Source: Bacteroidota bacterium
GTDB lineage: Bacteria > Bacteroidota > Bacteroidia > Bacteroidales > PXBB01
Assembly: GCA_022708385.1 (NCBI GenBank)
Contig: JAKIYU010000001.1
Coordinates: forward strand, 1 to 34,410
Length of the DNA: 34,410 nucleotides
Direction: 5' to 3'
The first letter of the stretch is position 1, and every line of letters starts with the position of its first letter. Positions 9,130 to 18,700 of this stretch are shown here, piece after piece. The position numbers and the translations under genes are program-made. The notes under the pieces were generated by a model, which saw only the letters and a list, made by a program, of their open reading frames with translations, did no database searches and was not told where the DNA came from.

Positions 9130-10524
9130 CTATTTTTTAAAAAACAGCGAGTCAAGTTGCCGGTATATATTCTCGCTGGGTTTAAGCGCCGGGGCATTTA
9201 CGATATAACCTTCGGTATCGAGCAGCACAAAATAAGGCAGTGTTTTAACGGCAAAATTATCGGTGATGTTATAATTGAAAGCAAAGTGCAGGAGCGGGAA
9301 ATCGAATTTGCTTTTATCGGTTAAATAATACATGTTGAGGGGTTCCAAATCTATTGAAATGCCCATGATCTCGAGCCGCCCGTTGTATTTTCGTTTCAGG
9401 TCGTTAAGGAGGCCCATCTCCGACAGGCACACAGTGCACGAGGTATTCCAGAAGAAAAGGTACACGTAACGGCCTTTGAACTGCGATAATTTATAGGGTT
9501 GAAGCTTCTTGTCGGTGAGCGTAAAATCTGCTGCCTGTGTGCCTTTGGGATAGCCCGAAAGGTATTTGATGACCATGCGTGCCGTAAGCGCATTGTGGGG
9601 GTACCTGCTTTTTTCGGCCAGGGTGGTAAGCAATGATATGATATTTTCTTTTTTAAGCCCGGGAAGGCCATAAAGCTCACGCAGCCCTTTAATGATAACC
9701 ATTTCGCGCAAAGGTTCCTGCAGCAGGTTGCTGTCCTTGCTTAGCGTGTCGAGCAGTGCGGGATAGCTGCAGCTTTCGTTAATGACGTATTCAACAGAGC
9801 TGAATTTGACCGGGTGCGACAGGTCGGTAAAGTACATTTTAAAGTACTGATTGAAAAACTCCATATAAGCCTCATTATGCGTAAGTACAGGCTTGTTGAG
9901 GAAGTATTTTTCGAAAAGTTTTGAGGGAGAAGTAACGTAAAGCGATTCTTCAAACAAAGCGGTTTTATACATTCTGTAAACCCGGAAGTATTCATTTTTA
10001 TACGCCCCAAAAAGGCTGTCGGAACGTGACTGAAAAAGGCCAGTCAGCATTTTGACTTTTTTCCCTATAATAGCAGCCGCATTTTCGTTTACAAATGCAT
10101 TGAGGAGGCTGTCGAAGCTGAAAATCAGGTTGTTTAATTCGCCGGGCCCGGCATTGAGTATTTGATAGTTCAGATACACAGGGTTCAGGTAAGGATTGGA
10201 GGATTCTTTGTACTGGCCAGGCTTAAGGGTGTCGAAAAGCAGTCTGTAGACTTCGCCGGGCACCGCATAGAGCTGGGCTGAAAGGAAATCTATTCTCAAT
10301 GTGAGCAGGGAGGTGTCGTCTAGCTTCAGGCGGATGCTGAATTGCTGGTTATTGTCCACCGGCGCTTGTGCCAATAAAATTTCGTTGTAAGTAAGCAGGT
10401 CGGTACAGGTGTATATTCTGATACTTTTCCGGGCTGCACCGGGAGCAGTACCTGTGATAAGGACTTCGCCTGCGGATAGTGGCAAACTGAAAACGACAGC
10501 AAGCAATAAAGGCATTAACCTCAT
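9130..10524 (-). CDS. TlpA/ResA-like thioredoxin-fold thiol:disulfide oxidoreductase with a long N-terminal domain
   Basis: 464 aa with signal peptide MRLMPLLLAVVFSLPLSAG. The C-terminal thioredoxin-like region has a CxxC motif (YLFFWNTSCTVCLSE) and a ...LPYFVLLD... strand. Confidence 0.7.
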   Translation of the reverse strand: MRLMPLLLAVVFSLPLSAGEVLITGTAPGAARKSIRIYTCTDLLTYNEILLAQAPVDNNQQFSIRLKLDDTSLLTLRIDFLSAQLYAVPGEVYRLLFDTLKPGQYKESSNPYLNPVYLNYQILNAGPGELNNLIFSFDSLLNAFVNENAAAIIGKKVKMLTGLFQSRSDSLFGAYKNEYFRVYRMYKTALFEESLYVTSPSKLFEKYFLNKPVLTHNEAYMEFFNQYFKMYFTDLSHPVKFSSVEYVINESCSYPALLDTLSKDSNLLQEPLREMVIIKGLRELYGLPGLKKENIISLLTTLAEKSRYPHNALTARMVIKYLSGYPKGTQAADFTLTDKKLQPYKLSQFKGRYVYLFFWNTSCTVCLSEMGLLNDLKRKYNGRLEIMGISIDLEPLNMYYLTDKSKFDFPLLHFAFNYNITDNFAVKTLPYFVLLDTEGYIVNAPALKPSENIYRQLDSLFFKK

Positions 10525-10591
10525 AAACCTTAAATTTTCTGTATTGAATTAAACGCCATGCGTTGGTGATTATTATAAATTCAGAGTGAAG

Positions 10592-11050
10592 TTAAATTTT
10601 TACGGCTTTCGGCACAAAAGGGCTGATATCGCCGCCGTGCCTGGCTATGTCGCGCACAATGGAGGAGTTGAGGGATGTAAATTCGGGCGTGGTGAGCAGA
10701 AAAATGGTTTCGATGGGGGGGTAAATTTGCTTATTGATTTGGCCTATACTGCGCTCAAACTCGAAGTCGGCCGAAGTGCGCAGGCCACGAAGGATATAAT
10801 TGGCTTTGATTTTTTTACAGTATTCAACTGTAAGGCCACTGTAGCTGGCAATCTCAACCTGTGTGTATGCGGCAAAGGTTTCCCTGAGCCAGCCGATGCG
10901 TTTTTCGAGAGGGAAATAGGCACTTTTCTGGGGATTTTCGCCAATGGCAATAATAATTTTATCGAAAAGCGGCAGTGCCCTTATTACAATGGACTCGTGG
11001 CCTTTAGTAAGCGGGTCGAATGAGCCTGGAAAAACTGCTGTTCTGTTCAT
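10592..11050 (-). CDS. coaD: Phosphopantetheine adenylyltransferase
   Basis: 152 aa. The N-terminus AVFPGSFDPLTKGHESIV is the PPAT nucleotidyltransferase signature (GSFDPxTxGH). Also RGLR..SDFEFE and ISSS.VR-like motifs (LNSSIVRDIARHGGD). Confidence 0.92.
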   Translation of the reverse strand: MNRTAVFPGSFDPLTKGHESIVIRALPLFDKIIIAIGENPQKSAYFPLEKRIGWLRETFAAYTQVEIASYSGLTVEYCKKIKANYILRGLRTSADFEFERSIGQINKQIYPPIETIFLLTTPEFTSLNSSIVRDIARHGGDISPFVPKAVKI

Positions 11051-11113
11051 ATTTAAGGTATTTGTGAATGCAAAGTTAGTTTAAATAATGTAAAAGATAG
11101 TGTGTTGAAAAGC

Positions 11114-11812
11114 CTACATCAGACCGTTGTCGGCAAAGCTGTAGTACGATTCTTCGCCGCTGACGATATGGTCGAGGACTTTGATGCTAAGGATATCGCC
11201 AGCTTTTTTAATTTTTTGTGTAAGCTCAATGTCGTTGTTGCTTGGGTTGATATTGCCGGAGGGGTGGTTGTGGCAAAGCACAATAGCTGATGCATTGCAT
11301 TCGAGGGAGGATTTAAAGATGCGGCGGATATCCACTGTGGCTTGCGATAGGCCACCTTCACCGATGAAGGTTTTATTGATAATTTTATGGGCTGTGTTGA
11401 GGTTTATAACCCAGAACTCTTCGTAGGCTTTGTCGCTCATTTCGGCCTGCATATATTCGTAGATGTCCTTGCTGCAGGCAATGTTTTTTTTCTGTAGGGC
11501 TTCGGCCTGACGCCTGCGGCGGCCTAATTCGAGGGCGGCGGCCAGGGTAATGGCTTTAACGGTGCCCACGCCTTTGTATTTTTTCAGGGCACTTATGTCG
11601 AGCTTGGATAATTCGAGCAGGTTATTGGAAACGTCGTTCAGTATCCGGCGGGCGAGGTCGAGGGCGCTTTCGTTGGCAGAACCGGAAGCCAGCAGTATGG
11701 CCAGCAATTCGGCATCGCTGAGAGCATCGCGGCCTTTGAGAAGGAACTTTTCGCGGGGGCGGTCATCTTCGTGCCAGCTCTTTATGGGGCGTTTGGGGTT
11801 AGCATTTTCCAT
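11114..11812 (-). CDS. radC: RadC-like JAB/MPN domain protein (UPF0758)
   Basis: 232 aa. LSDAELLAILLASGS (HhH-like N-terminus) and the JAMM motif LCHNHPSGNINPSNNDIELT. Confidence 0.88.
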   Translation of the reverse strand: MENANPKRPIKSWHEDDRPREKFLLKGRDALSDAELLAILLASGSANESALDLARRILNDVSNNLLELSKLDISALKKYKGVGTVKAITLAAALELGRRRRQAEALQKKNIACSKDIYEYMQAEMSDKAYEEFWVINLNTAHKIINKTFIGEGGLSQATVDIRRIFKSSLECNASAIVLCHNHPSGNINPSNNDIELTQKIKKAGDILSIKVLDHIVSGEESYYSFADNGLM

Positions 11813-11840
11813 GTTAAAAGATTGTGAGGAATAAAATTAA

Positions 11841-11880
11841 AACAAAAAAACCTGTTTCACAGCGTAAAACAGGTTTTTTT
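11841..11880 (-). terminator. Rho-independent terminator downstream of rpsT (symmetrical A-run / hairpin / T-run)
   Basis: aaaaaaacctgttt-cacagcgt-aaaacaggttttttt. The stem is ACCTGTTT/AAACAGGT. On the minus-strand transcript it is followed by UUUUUUUGUU, starting 16 nt after the rpsT stop. Confidence 0.7.
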
Positions 11881-11895
11881 AGACAATAATGTTTT

Positions 11896-12150
11896 TTATT
11901 GTAAAGCATTAACCATTTTGGTCAGTTTCGATTTAAGGTTGGCTGACTTGTTCTTGTGAATGATGTGGTGCTTTACATTTTTATCGAGCATGGAAATCAC
12001 TTTCGGGAGCATTTCGGCAGCTTCGTTTTTGTTGGTGGTAGCTCTTAATTTTTTGACTGCGTTGCGCATGGTTTTAGATTTATATCTGTTAAGCACACGT
12101 TTTTTTTCGTTTGTACGGATTCTTTTAAGAGCTGATTTGTGGTTTGCCAT
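11896..12150 (-). CDS. rpsT: 30S ribosomal protein S20
   Basis: 84 aa, very basic. The N-terminus MANHKSALKRIRTNEKKRVLNR is the S20 signature. Confidence 0.93.
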   Translation of the reverse strand: MANHKSALKRIRTNEKKRVLNRYKSKTMRNAVKKLRATTNKNEAAEMLPKVISMLDKNVKHHIIHKNKSANLKSKLTKMVNALQ

Positions 12151-12174
12151 TGCTTTTAAATTTTATTTTTTTTG

Positions 12175-12246
12175 TAGTCCGTAGGGGAATCGAACCCCTG
12201 TTTCCAGGATGAAAACCTGGCGTCCTAACCCCTAGACGAACGGACC
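12175..12246 (-). tRNA. tRNA-Glu, anticodon UUC
   Basis: The reverse complement folds by hand as GGTCCGT-TC-GTCT-AGGGGTTA-GGAC-G-CCAGG-TTTTCAT-CCTGG-AAAC-AGGGG-TTCGATT-CCCCT-ACGGACT-A. That gives a 7-bp acceptor stem (G1.U72 wobble), T-loop TTCGATT, and anticodon loop U33-UUC-A37. The 4-nt variable loop is as in other tRNA-Glu. No CCA is encoded. It lies 24 nt upstream of rpsT on the same strand. Confidence 0.9.
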
Positions 12247-12264
12247 CTTTTGCTTTTGGGACTG

Positions 12265-12272
12265 CAAAATTA
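12265..12272 (-). promoter_or_regulatory. Candidate -7 box TAATTTTG upstream of tRNA-Glu (and possibly rpsT)
   Basis: Plus-strand caaaatta is the reverse complement of TAATTTTG. Its last base is 19 nt upstream of the mature tRNA 5' end. Confidence 0.45.
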
Positions 12273-12312
12273 ATAATTATTTTTTAAATAAAACAAAACT
12301 GTAAAAATATTT

Positions 12313-15225
12313 TTAATACCCAAAAATATCTTTCATTGTAAGAAATTGTACTTCACCGTATTTTTTCAGTTCGTCAATGTTCAACTTGTCTTTTTTCCCA
12401 AGAACAAGCATGGTGTAGTTTTTATCTTTAAGGTACTTTTGCTGGAAGTCTTTAACATCCTGAAAGGTAAGTTTGGGAGTTTTTTCAAAGACGTCCTTAC
12501 GTATGTCGTAAGAAAGCCCCATACGTTTGGCTCTTTCGTAATTGAAGAGGATTGCGGCTTTGGTGATACGCTCGGTGCGTATTTTTTCAACAATGGCATC
12601 TTTGGCGTTGTTAAAGTGTTTTTCGGATTCGGGCATGTTGTTTATTAGGTTGTACATACCTGCAGTGGCTTCAGGAAGTTTATCGTTTTGTGTGCCAATA
12701 AAGGACATAATGAAATTGTTGCGGTCGGGGCGTGATGGTATGCGGTAGTTGCCATAGGCAGTATAGGCCAGGCCTTTGGCTTCACGAAGTTCCTGAAATA
12801 CAATGGACGACATACCGCTGCCGAAATATTCGTTGAACACACTAATTTGTGGAATGAGTGAGGGATTGTACTTATCCGATTTAGACAGCAGAATGATTTC
12901 GACCTGTTTCATGTCGTAATCTACAACAAGCACTTTACCTTGAGTGTTGTCAAGCTCTGCGTACTGCGTTTCTTGCGGGAGGGGTTTCAGCGTTTTCGGT
13001 ACACGGTGGTGTTTATTAAGCAGGTCGGTAAGTTGTGCCGAATTTTGGGAACCGTAGTAAAGAATGCGGTGCTGGTAAGTGTTCAAATCTCTTATCACGG
13101 CAAGCAGATCTTCGGGTTTAAGGTTTCTGAGCTCATCTTCGGAGAGGATATCGGTGAAAGGGTTTTTGGCACCGTAAACGCCATAATTATACATAGCGCT
13201 CCACAGAATGGTGCTTTTTGAAAGTTTGTTGTCTGCTCTTTTTTTAAGGATATCATCCACAAGATTTTTGAGGGCATCGGCATTGGGTTGACAATCACTG
13301 AGGAGGTTTTCGAAAAGTACGAGACCTTTTTCCATATTTTCACTCAGGCCGCTGAGGGTTACATAAATCTGATCTTCGGAACTGCTTACATAGAAAGAGC
13401 AGCCGGTTTTATAAAATTCTTGTTGTACCTGTGCAGGTGTAAGTTTTGAAGTGCCTAAATATTCAAGATAGGAGAGGGCTGTGCCGAGTTTTTTATTGTG
13501 GTTGTTGCCCATATCAAAAAGATAATAGAGTGAAAAAGTAGGAGTTTCTTCATTTTTGAGGTAGCTGACAGCTATGTCGTTTTTGATTTTGAAGGAGGTT
13601 ATATCTTTAACATAATCGAGAAAAACGGGTTCAAAAGGTTCAACAGGGCGGGAAACCATTTTTTTGAAGAAATCGGACTGAGCTTCCCTGTTTATTTTAA
13701 CCGGGGTAATTTCGGGTTTTTCGACTTTGGTTACTTCGGGATTGGGTCCCGTGCGTTTGTAAACCACCACATAATTATTGCCGTAGTTTTTATTAGCAAA
13801 GTCAACAATGTCCTTCTTAGTGATTTTGGAAAAACGTTCTATACGATTTACTTTTTCCTGCCATTTTTGATTGTAAATGAAAGCGCTTATCATACTGTTG
13901 GTTCGGGCACGGTTGCTTTCATATTCGCGTATTTCGTTTAGTTTAAGGTCGTTAATGATAGCTGGGATGAGCCAGTCGGGGAAATCACCTTTTTTAACTA
14001 TTTCAATCTGGTCCAGTAGCAGGTCTTTAACTTCTTCCAGTTTTTGTCCATTTTTGGGACGGCCGTTGAAAATATGTGTGGAATAATCGGCTTTAACATA
14101 AACGGAAGAGCCGGCAGAAAGGACTTTCTGAGCTTGAACAAGATTAAGGTCGATAAGGCCGGCGGTACTGTTGCTTAAAATATAATCCACAATCGTTAGC
14201 TTATCCATGTCGGCTGAGGTGGCGCCACCAAAGCGGTAGGCCATGAGCATGTTTTCGGCATCGGGTCCAGTAACTTCCTTAACAACGGGTTGGGTAATGG
14301 GTTTTTCAACAGGAGAAATATTATCTTTTAAGGGTACTGATTTCAACGTGCCAAAGGTTTGGTCTACGTGTTTTATTACGGCATCGGGGTCAAAATCGCC
14401 AGCCATAATAAGCGCCATATTGTTGGGGACATAGCGGCTATTGTAGTATTCTTTAAGGCTTTTTATGGATGGATTTTTAAGGTGTTCCTGCTTGCCCAGG
14501 GTAGTTTGCTGTCCGTAATTGTGTGTGGGATAAACGCTACTGAGCATGGCTTCGTATATTTTGCGCTGGTCGTTATCGAGGCTCATGTTTTTTTCTTCGT
14601 AAACTGTTTCGAGTTCGGTGTGGAATAATCTGAAAACGGGGTAGGAGAAGCGGTCGAACTCAATGTCGAGCCATTTATCGAACTGGTTGGAGGGGACATC
14701 ATTCACATAAACTGTTTGGTCCACGCTGGTGTATGCATTAGTGCCTTTAACACCCAGCGAAGCCATCATCTTGTCGTATTCGTTGGCGATGGCCAGCGAA
14801 GCAGCGACATTTGAAATGCTGTCTATAATTTTATATATTTCCTTCCTTTCTTTGGGGTCGGTAAGTTTGCGATATTTTTCGAAGAGGTTTTCTATTTGAA
14901 CGAGGTATGTGTTTTCTTTTTCAAAATCCATGGTACTGAAATGCTGTGTGCCCTTAAACATGAGGTGTTCGAGGTAATGCGACAGGCCTGTATTGTCGGC
15001 GGGGTCGTTTTTACTGCCTGTGCGTACGGCTACTGCAACCTGAATACGGGGGGCGTCCTTGTAAACCGACATATAAACCTTGAAGCCGTTATCAAGGGTA
15101 TAAATGCGCACTTTTAAGGGGTCGTTGGGTACAGATTCGTAGGTGTATTTTTTTTGTGAAAACCCCTGCATTACAAAGAGTAACAGTACAGGGAGCATAG
15201 TAAATTTAAAAATGTTGTTTTTCAT
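12313..15225 (-). CDS. Large two-module M16 family zinc metallopeptidase (insulinase-like), secreted
   Basis: 970 aa with signal peptide MKNNIFKFTMLPVLLLFVMQGFSQ. It has an intact HxxEH zinc motif (GLSHYLEHLMFKGT) and a second M16-like half (FQELREAKGLAYTAYG). Confidence 0.85.
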   Translation of the reverse strand: MKNNIFKFTMLPVLLLFVMQGFSQKKYTYESVPNDPLKVRIYTLDNGFKVYMSVYKDAPRIQVAVAVRTGSKNDPADNTGLSHYLEHLMFKGTQHFSTMDFEKENTYLVQIENLFEKYRKLTDPKERKEIYKIIDSISNVAASLAIANEYDKMMASLGVKGTNAYTSVDQTVYVNDVPSNQFDKWLDIEFDRFSYPVFRLFHTELETVYEEKNMSLDNDQRKIYEAMLSSVYPTHNYGQQTTLGKQEHLKNPSIKSLKEYYNSRYVPNNMALIMAGDFDPDAVIKHVDQTFGTLKSVPLKDNISPVEKPITQPVVKEVTGPDAENMLMAYRFGGATSADMDKLTIVDYILSNSTAGLIDLNLVQAQKVLSAGSSVYVKADYSTHIFNGRPKNGQKLEEVKDLLLDQIEIVKKGDFPDWLIPAIINDLKLNEIREYESNRARTNSMISAFIYNQKWQEKVNRIERFSKITKKDIVDFANKNYGNNYVVVYKRTGPNPEVTKVEKPEITPVKINREAQSDFFKKMVSRPVEPFEPVFLDYVKDITSFKIKNDIAVSYLKNEETPTFSLYYLFDMGNNHNKKLGTALSYLEYLGTSKLTPAQVQQEFYKTGCSFYVSSSEDQIYVTLSGLSENMEKGLVLFENLLSDCQPNADALKNLVDDILKKRADNKLSKSTILWSAMYNYGVYGAKNPFTDILSEDELRNLKPEDLLAVIRDLNTYQHRILYYGSQNSAQLTDLLNKHHRVPKTLKPLPQETQYAELDNTQGKVLVVDYDMKQVEIILLSKSDKYNPSLIPQISVFNEYFGSGMSSIVFQELREAKGLAYTAYGNYRIPSRPDRNNFIMSFIGTQNDKLPEATAGMYNLINNMPESEKHFNNAKDAIVEKIRTERITKAAILFNYERAKRMGLSYDIRKDVFEKTPKLTFQDVKDFQQKYLKDKNYTMLVLGKKDKLNIDELKKYGEVQFLTMKDIFGY

Positions 15226-15301
15226 GAGTATGTGTTTTTAGTTTAAAATATTGCTTATGACGCTATTTAATAACAAAATGTTACTGAATTTAAAAAGCCC
15301 T

Positions 15302-15309
15302 CAAAGATA
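15302..15309 (-). promoter_or_regulatory. Candidate -7 box TATCTTTG for the 970-aa M16 gene
   Basis: Plus-strand caaagata is the reverse complement of TATCTTTG (TAnnTTTG), 77 nt upstream of ATG 15225. Confidence 0.3.
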
Positions 15310-15702
15310 TTAATAAACAATTACATATTTGGTTATAGAATTTCCCGAAACATTTCACAATAATTTCATATATATCATATCCAATAAAATAATATAAAGA
15401 CATGGACCAACCCAAAATTGAAAGGATTAACGCCTGATGAAAATACTGATATTAAAAATGAGATATGACTTTGAGGAACTTGCCGGGTTTTACGCCTGTT
15501 CGAATTTAAAATTCACCGTTTCAACCCACTGACCTAACCCGAAGAGCTGTTAGGGGAGGGATTAAGGAGAATAGGAAGAGGGGAACAATGCTCAATAAAG
15601 AAATAAAAATGTCGAATGTTGAATTAAGAAATGACAATGTCGGTGTATTTTTATTGAATAAAGAAAATACCCCATTTATGCTTTTACAATCATAAAAAAG
15701 CC

Positions 15703-15710
15703 TAATTTTG
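15703..15710 (+). promoter_or_regulatory. Candidate -7 box TAATTTTG for ileS
   Basis: Exact TAnnTTTG match, 33 nt upstream of the ileS ATG at 15744. Confidence 0.5.
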
Positions 15711-15743
15711 CATTTTTTCGTATTTTAAAATTGCAAAGGCAAA

Positions 15744-18700
15744 ATGAAGCGTAAGTATAACGAATACAAGCAGTTAAATCTTTCTTTAATCAGCAGGGAA
15801 ATAAGGCAGTACTGGGAGAGTGAAAATATATTTGAGAAAAGTGTGGAGATGCGTAAGGGGCATACACCTTATGTGTTTTACGAAGGACCACCTTCAGCCA
15901 ATGGAAAACCAGGCATACACCATGTGATGGCACGGGCTATTAAAGATATTTTCTGCAGATATAAAACCCAAAAGGGTTGCCTTGTTGAACGTAAAGGCGG
16001 CTGGGATACGCATGGCCTGCCTGTAGAGATAGGTGTTGAGAAAGCTCTGGGCATCACAAAAGAGGACATAGGCAAGAAGATATCCATTGCCGAATATAAC
16101 AATGCCTGTCGCAAGGATGTGATGAAGTTTAAGAGTGAATGGGACGAAATTACCCGCATGATGGGCTACTGGGTGGATCTTGAAAACCCCTACATCACAT
16201 TCGAAAACAACTATATAGAAACCCTGTGGTATTTGCTTAAAAAGCTTTACGATAAAGGCTTACTGTATAAAGGTTATACCATACAACCCTATTCACCGGC
16301 TGCCGGAACAGGCTTAAGTACTCACGAACTGAACCAACCGGGCTGCTACAAAATGGTAAAAGACACTACGGTAGTGGCCCAGTTTAAAGTGATACGCAAC
16401 GAAAGATCGGAATTCCTTTTTAAAGCGACCGACACCCCTGTTTATTTTCTGGCTTGGACAACTACACCCTGGACATTACCCTCTAACACCGGTTTGGCTG
16501 TCGGAGCAGGTATTAACTATAGTTTGGTAAGAACTTTTAATCCCTATACATTTAAACCTATTACGGTTGTTTTGGCAGAAGACCTTTTGGGTACTTATTT
16601 CCCGGAGAAAAATGCCGGTTTGAATGTGGAGGATTATAAAGATGGTGATAAGAATATTCCTTTTAAATTACTGGGTTCTTATAAAGGTAAGGATTTCGAA
16701 AATATCCGCTATGAGCAGTTATTGCCTTATGCACAACCCGAAGAAGGCGACCCTTTCAGGGTGGTAATAGGCGACTTTGTAACCACCGAGGATGGAACCG
16801 GTATTGTGCACATAGCCCCCAGTTTTGGCGCCGACGACTTCAGGGTGGGGCGGCAGTATGGGCTGGGTGCCCTTACTATGGTGGACAAGCAGGGGAAGTT
16901 TACGGCAGAGATGGGCGAGTTTGCCCATCGCTTTGTAAAGGTGGAATATGACCCGGGCCACAACCCCGAAACAGACAATTCGGTTGATGTGGATATTGTG
17001 ATTAAACTCAAAAAAGAGAACAAAGCTTTTAAAGCAGAAAAATACGAACACTCCTATCCCCATTGCTGGCGCACTGATAAGCCTGTGCTTTACTATCCGC
17101 TCGATTCGTGGTTTATAAAGACTACAGCCATGAAAGACAGGATGATTGAGCTGAACAAAACCATAAATTGGAAACCCGAATCCACAGGTACAGGTCGTTT
17201 TGGTAACTGGCTCGAGAACCTTGTGGACTGGAATCTGTCGCGAAGCCGCTATTGGGGCACCCCCTTACCAATATGGGTTGACGAGAGCCGCGAACATATA
17301 ATATGTATCGGCAGTATTGAAGAACTGAAGAATGAAGCATACAAGGCCATAGAAAGAGGCCTTTATGGTTTTGATTACCTGAAAAATATAATTTCGAAGT
17401 ACGAGACTGTGTTTACCGGTGAAGAACTGGCAGATTTTGGCGCGCGTATAGCCTGTATTACAGAAAAGCAGGATGCCACAGGCCTGAAAAAACTGGCTTG
17501 CAAAGTGGTTGATTTTCTGCTCAGGGACCTGCACAGGCCTTATGTGGATGATATTATCCTGACAGCAAGCAACGGCGCCCCTATGCGCCGTGAACCCGAC
17601 CTTATCGATGTTTGGTTCGACAGTGGCGCCATGCCCTATGCCCAGTGGCATTACCCCTTCGAAAAGAAAGAATTTGTAGATAACCATATCGCATTCCCGG
17701 CCGATTTTATTGCCGAAGGTGTGGATCAGACACGCGGCTGGTTCTTTACACTTCATGCTCTGGCTGTTATGTTGTTCGATTCAGTGGCTTTTAAAACGGT
17801 TGTGTCTAATGGGCTGGTGCTTGATAAAGAAGGTAATAAAATGTCCAAACGACTTGGCAATGCCGTTGACCCTTTTCTTGCCATCGAAAAATACGGACCC
17901 GACGCCGTGCGCTGGTATATGATTACCAATGCACAGCCCTGGGACAATTTGAAATTTGACTGGACCATTATTGAAAAAAGCAGTCTGGATAAAAGCTCCG
18001 AAAACGAAAGAGAATGGCTGGAAACTACCGATGAAAACGGAAAGGTATGGATGCACCGCTCGGACAGCATTATTGATGTGCAACGTAAGTTTTTTGGTAC
18101 ACTGTATAATACCTATGCTTTTTTTGCACTCTATGCCAATATTGATGGGTTTTGCTACGAGGAACCCGACATACCTTTAAATCAACGCACCGAAATTGAC
18201 AGATGGATAATTTCTGAACTGAATACCCTTATAAAAGAGGTAGATAATTCCTATGCACAATATGAACCCACACGTGCCGGCAGGCTTATACAGAATTTTG
18301 TTGATGAGTTCCTGAGCAACTGGTATGTGCGTTTGTGTCGCCGTCGTTTCTGGAAGGGAGAGTATTCTGATGATAAGATTGCGGCTTACCAGACCCTCTA
18401 CACCTGCCTGGATGTTATTGCCCGCCTGTCGGCTCCCATAGCCCCGTTTTTTATGGAAAAACTTTTCAGGGACCTGAACCAGGTGACCCGCCAACATACC
18501 GCAGATTCGGTGCACCTTGCCGATTTTCCTGTATGCAATGAAACCCTGATTGACAAAGCGCTTGAAGAGCGAATGCAAATGGCTCAGAAATTTTCCTCGA
18601 TGGTATTATCGTTGCGGAAAAAGCATAATATACGCGTCAGGCAACCCCTTAACAAAATTCTCATACCTGTTCTGAATCCGGTATTTGAAGAACAGCTGCG

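Noticed and set aside
10586-11023. 145-aa plus-strand ORF covering almost all of coaD on the opposite strand
   Set aside because: The minus-strand frame carries the unmistakable PPAT signature (GSFDPLTKGH). The plus-strand product has no motif, signal or sensible start context, so it is treated as a shadow ORF.
15420-15700. Two small ORFs in the M16-ileS spacer (31 codons starting near 15437; 35 codons starting near 15589)
   Set aside because: They have no signal, motif, repeat or coupling to a neighbour, and start contexts that are indistinguishable from background.
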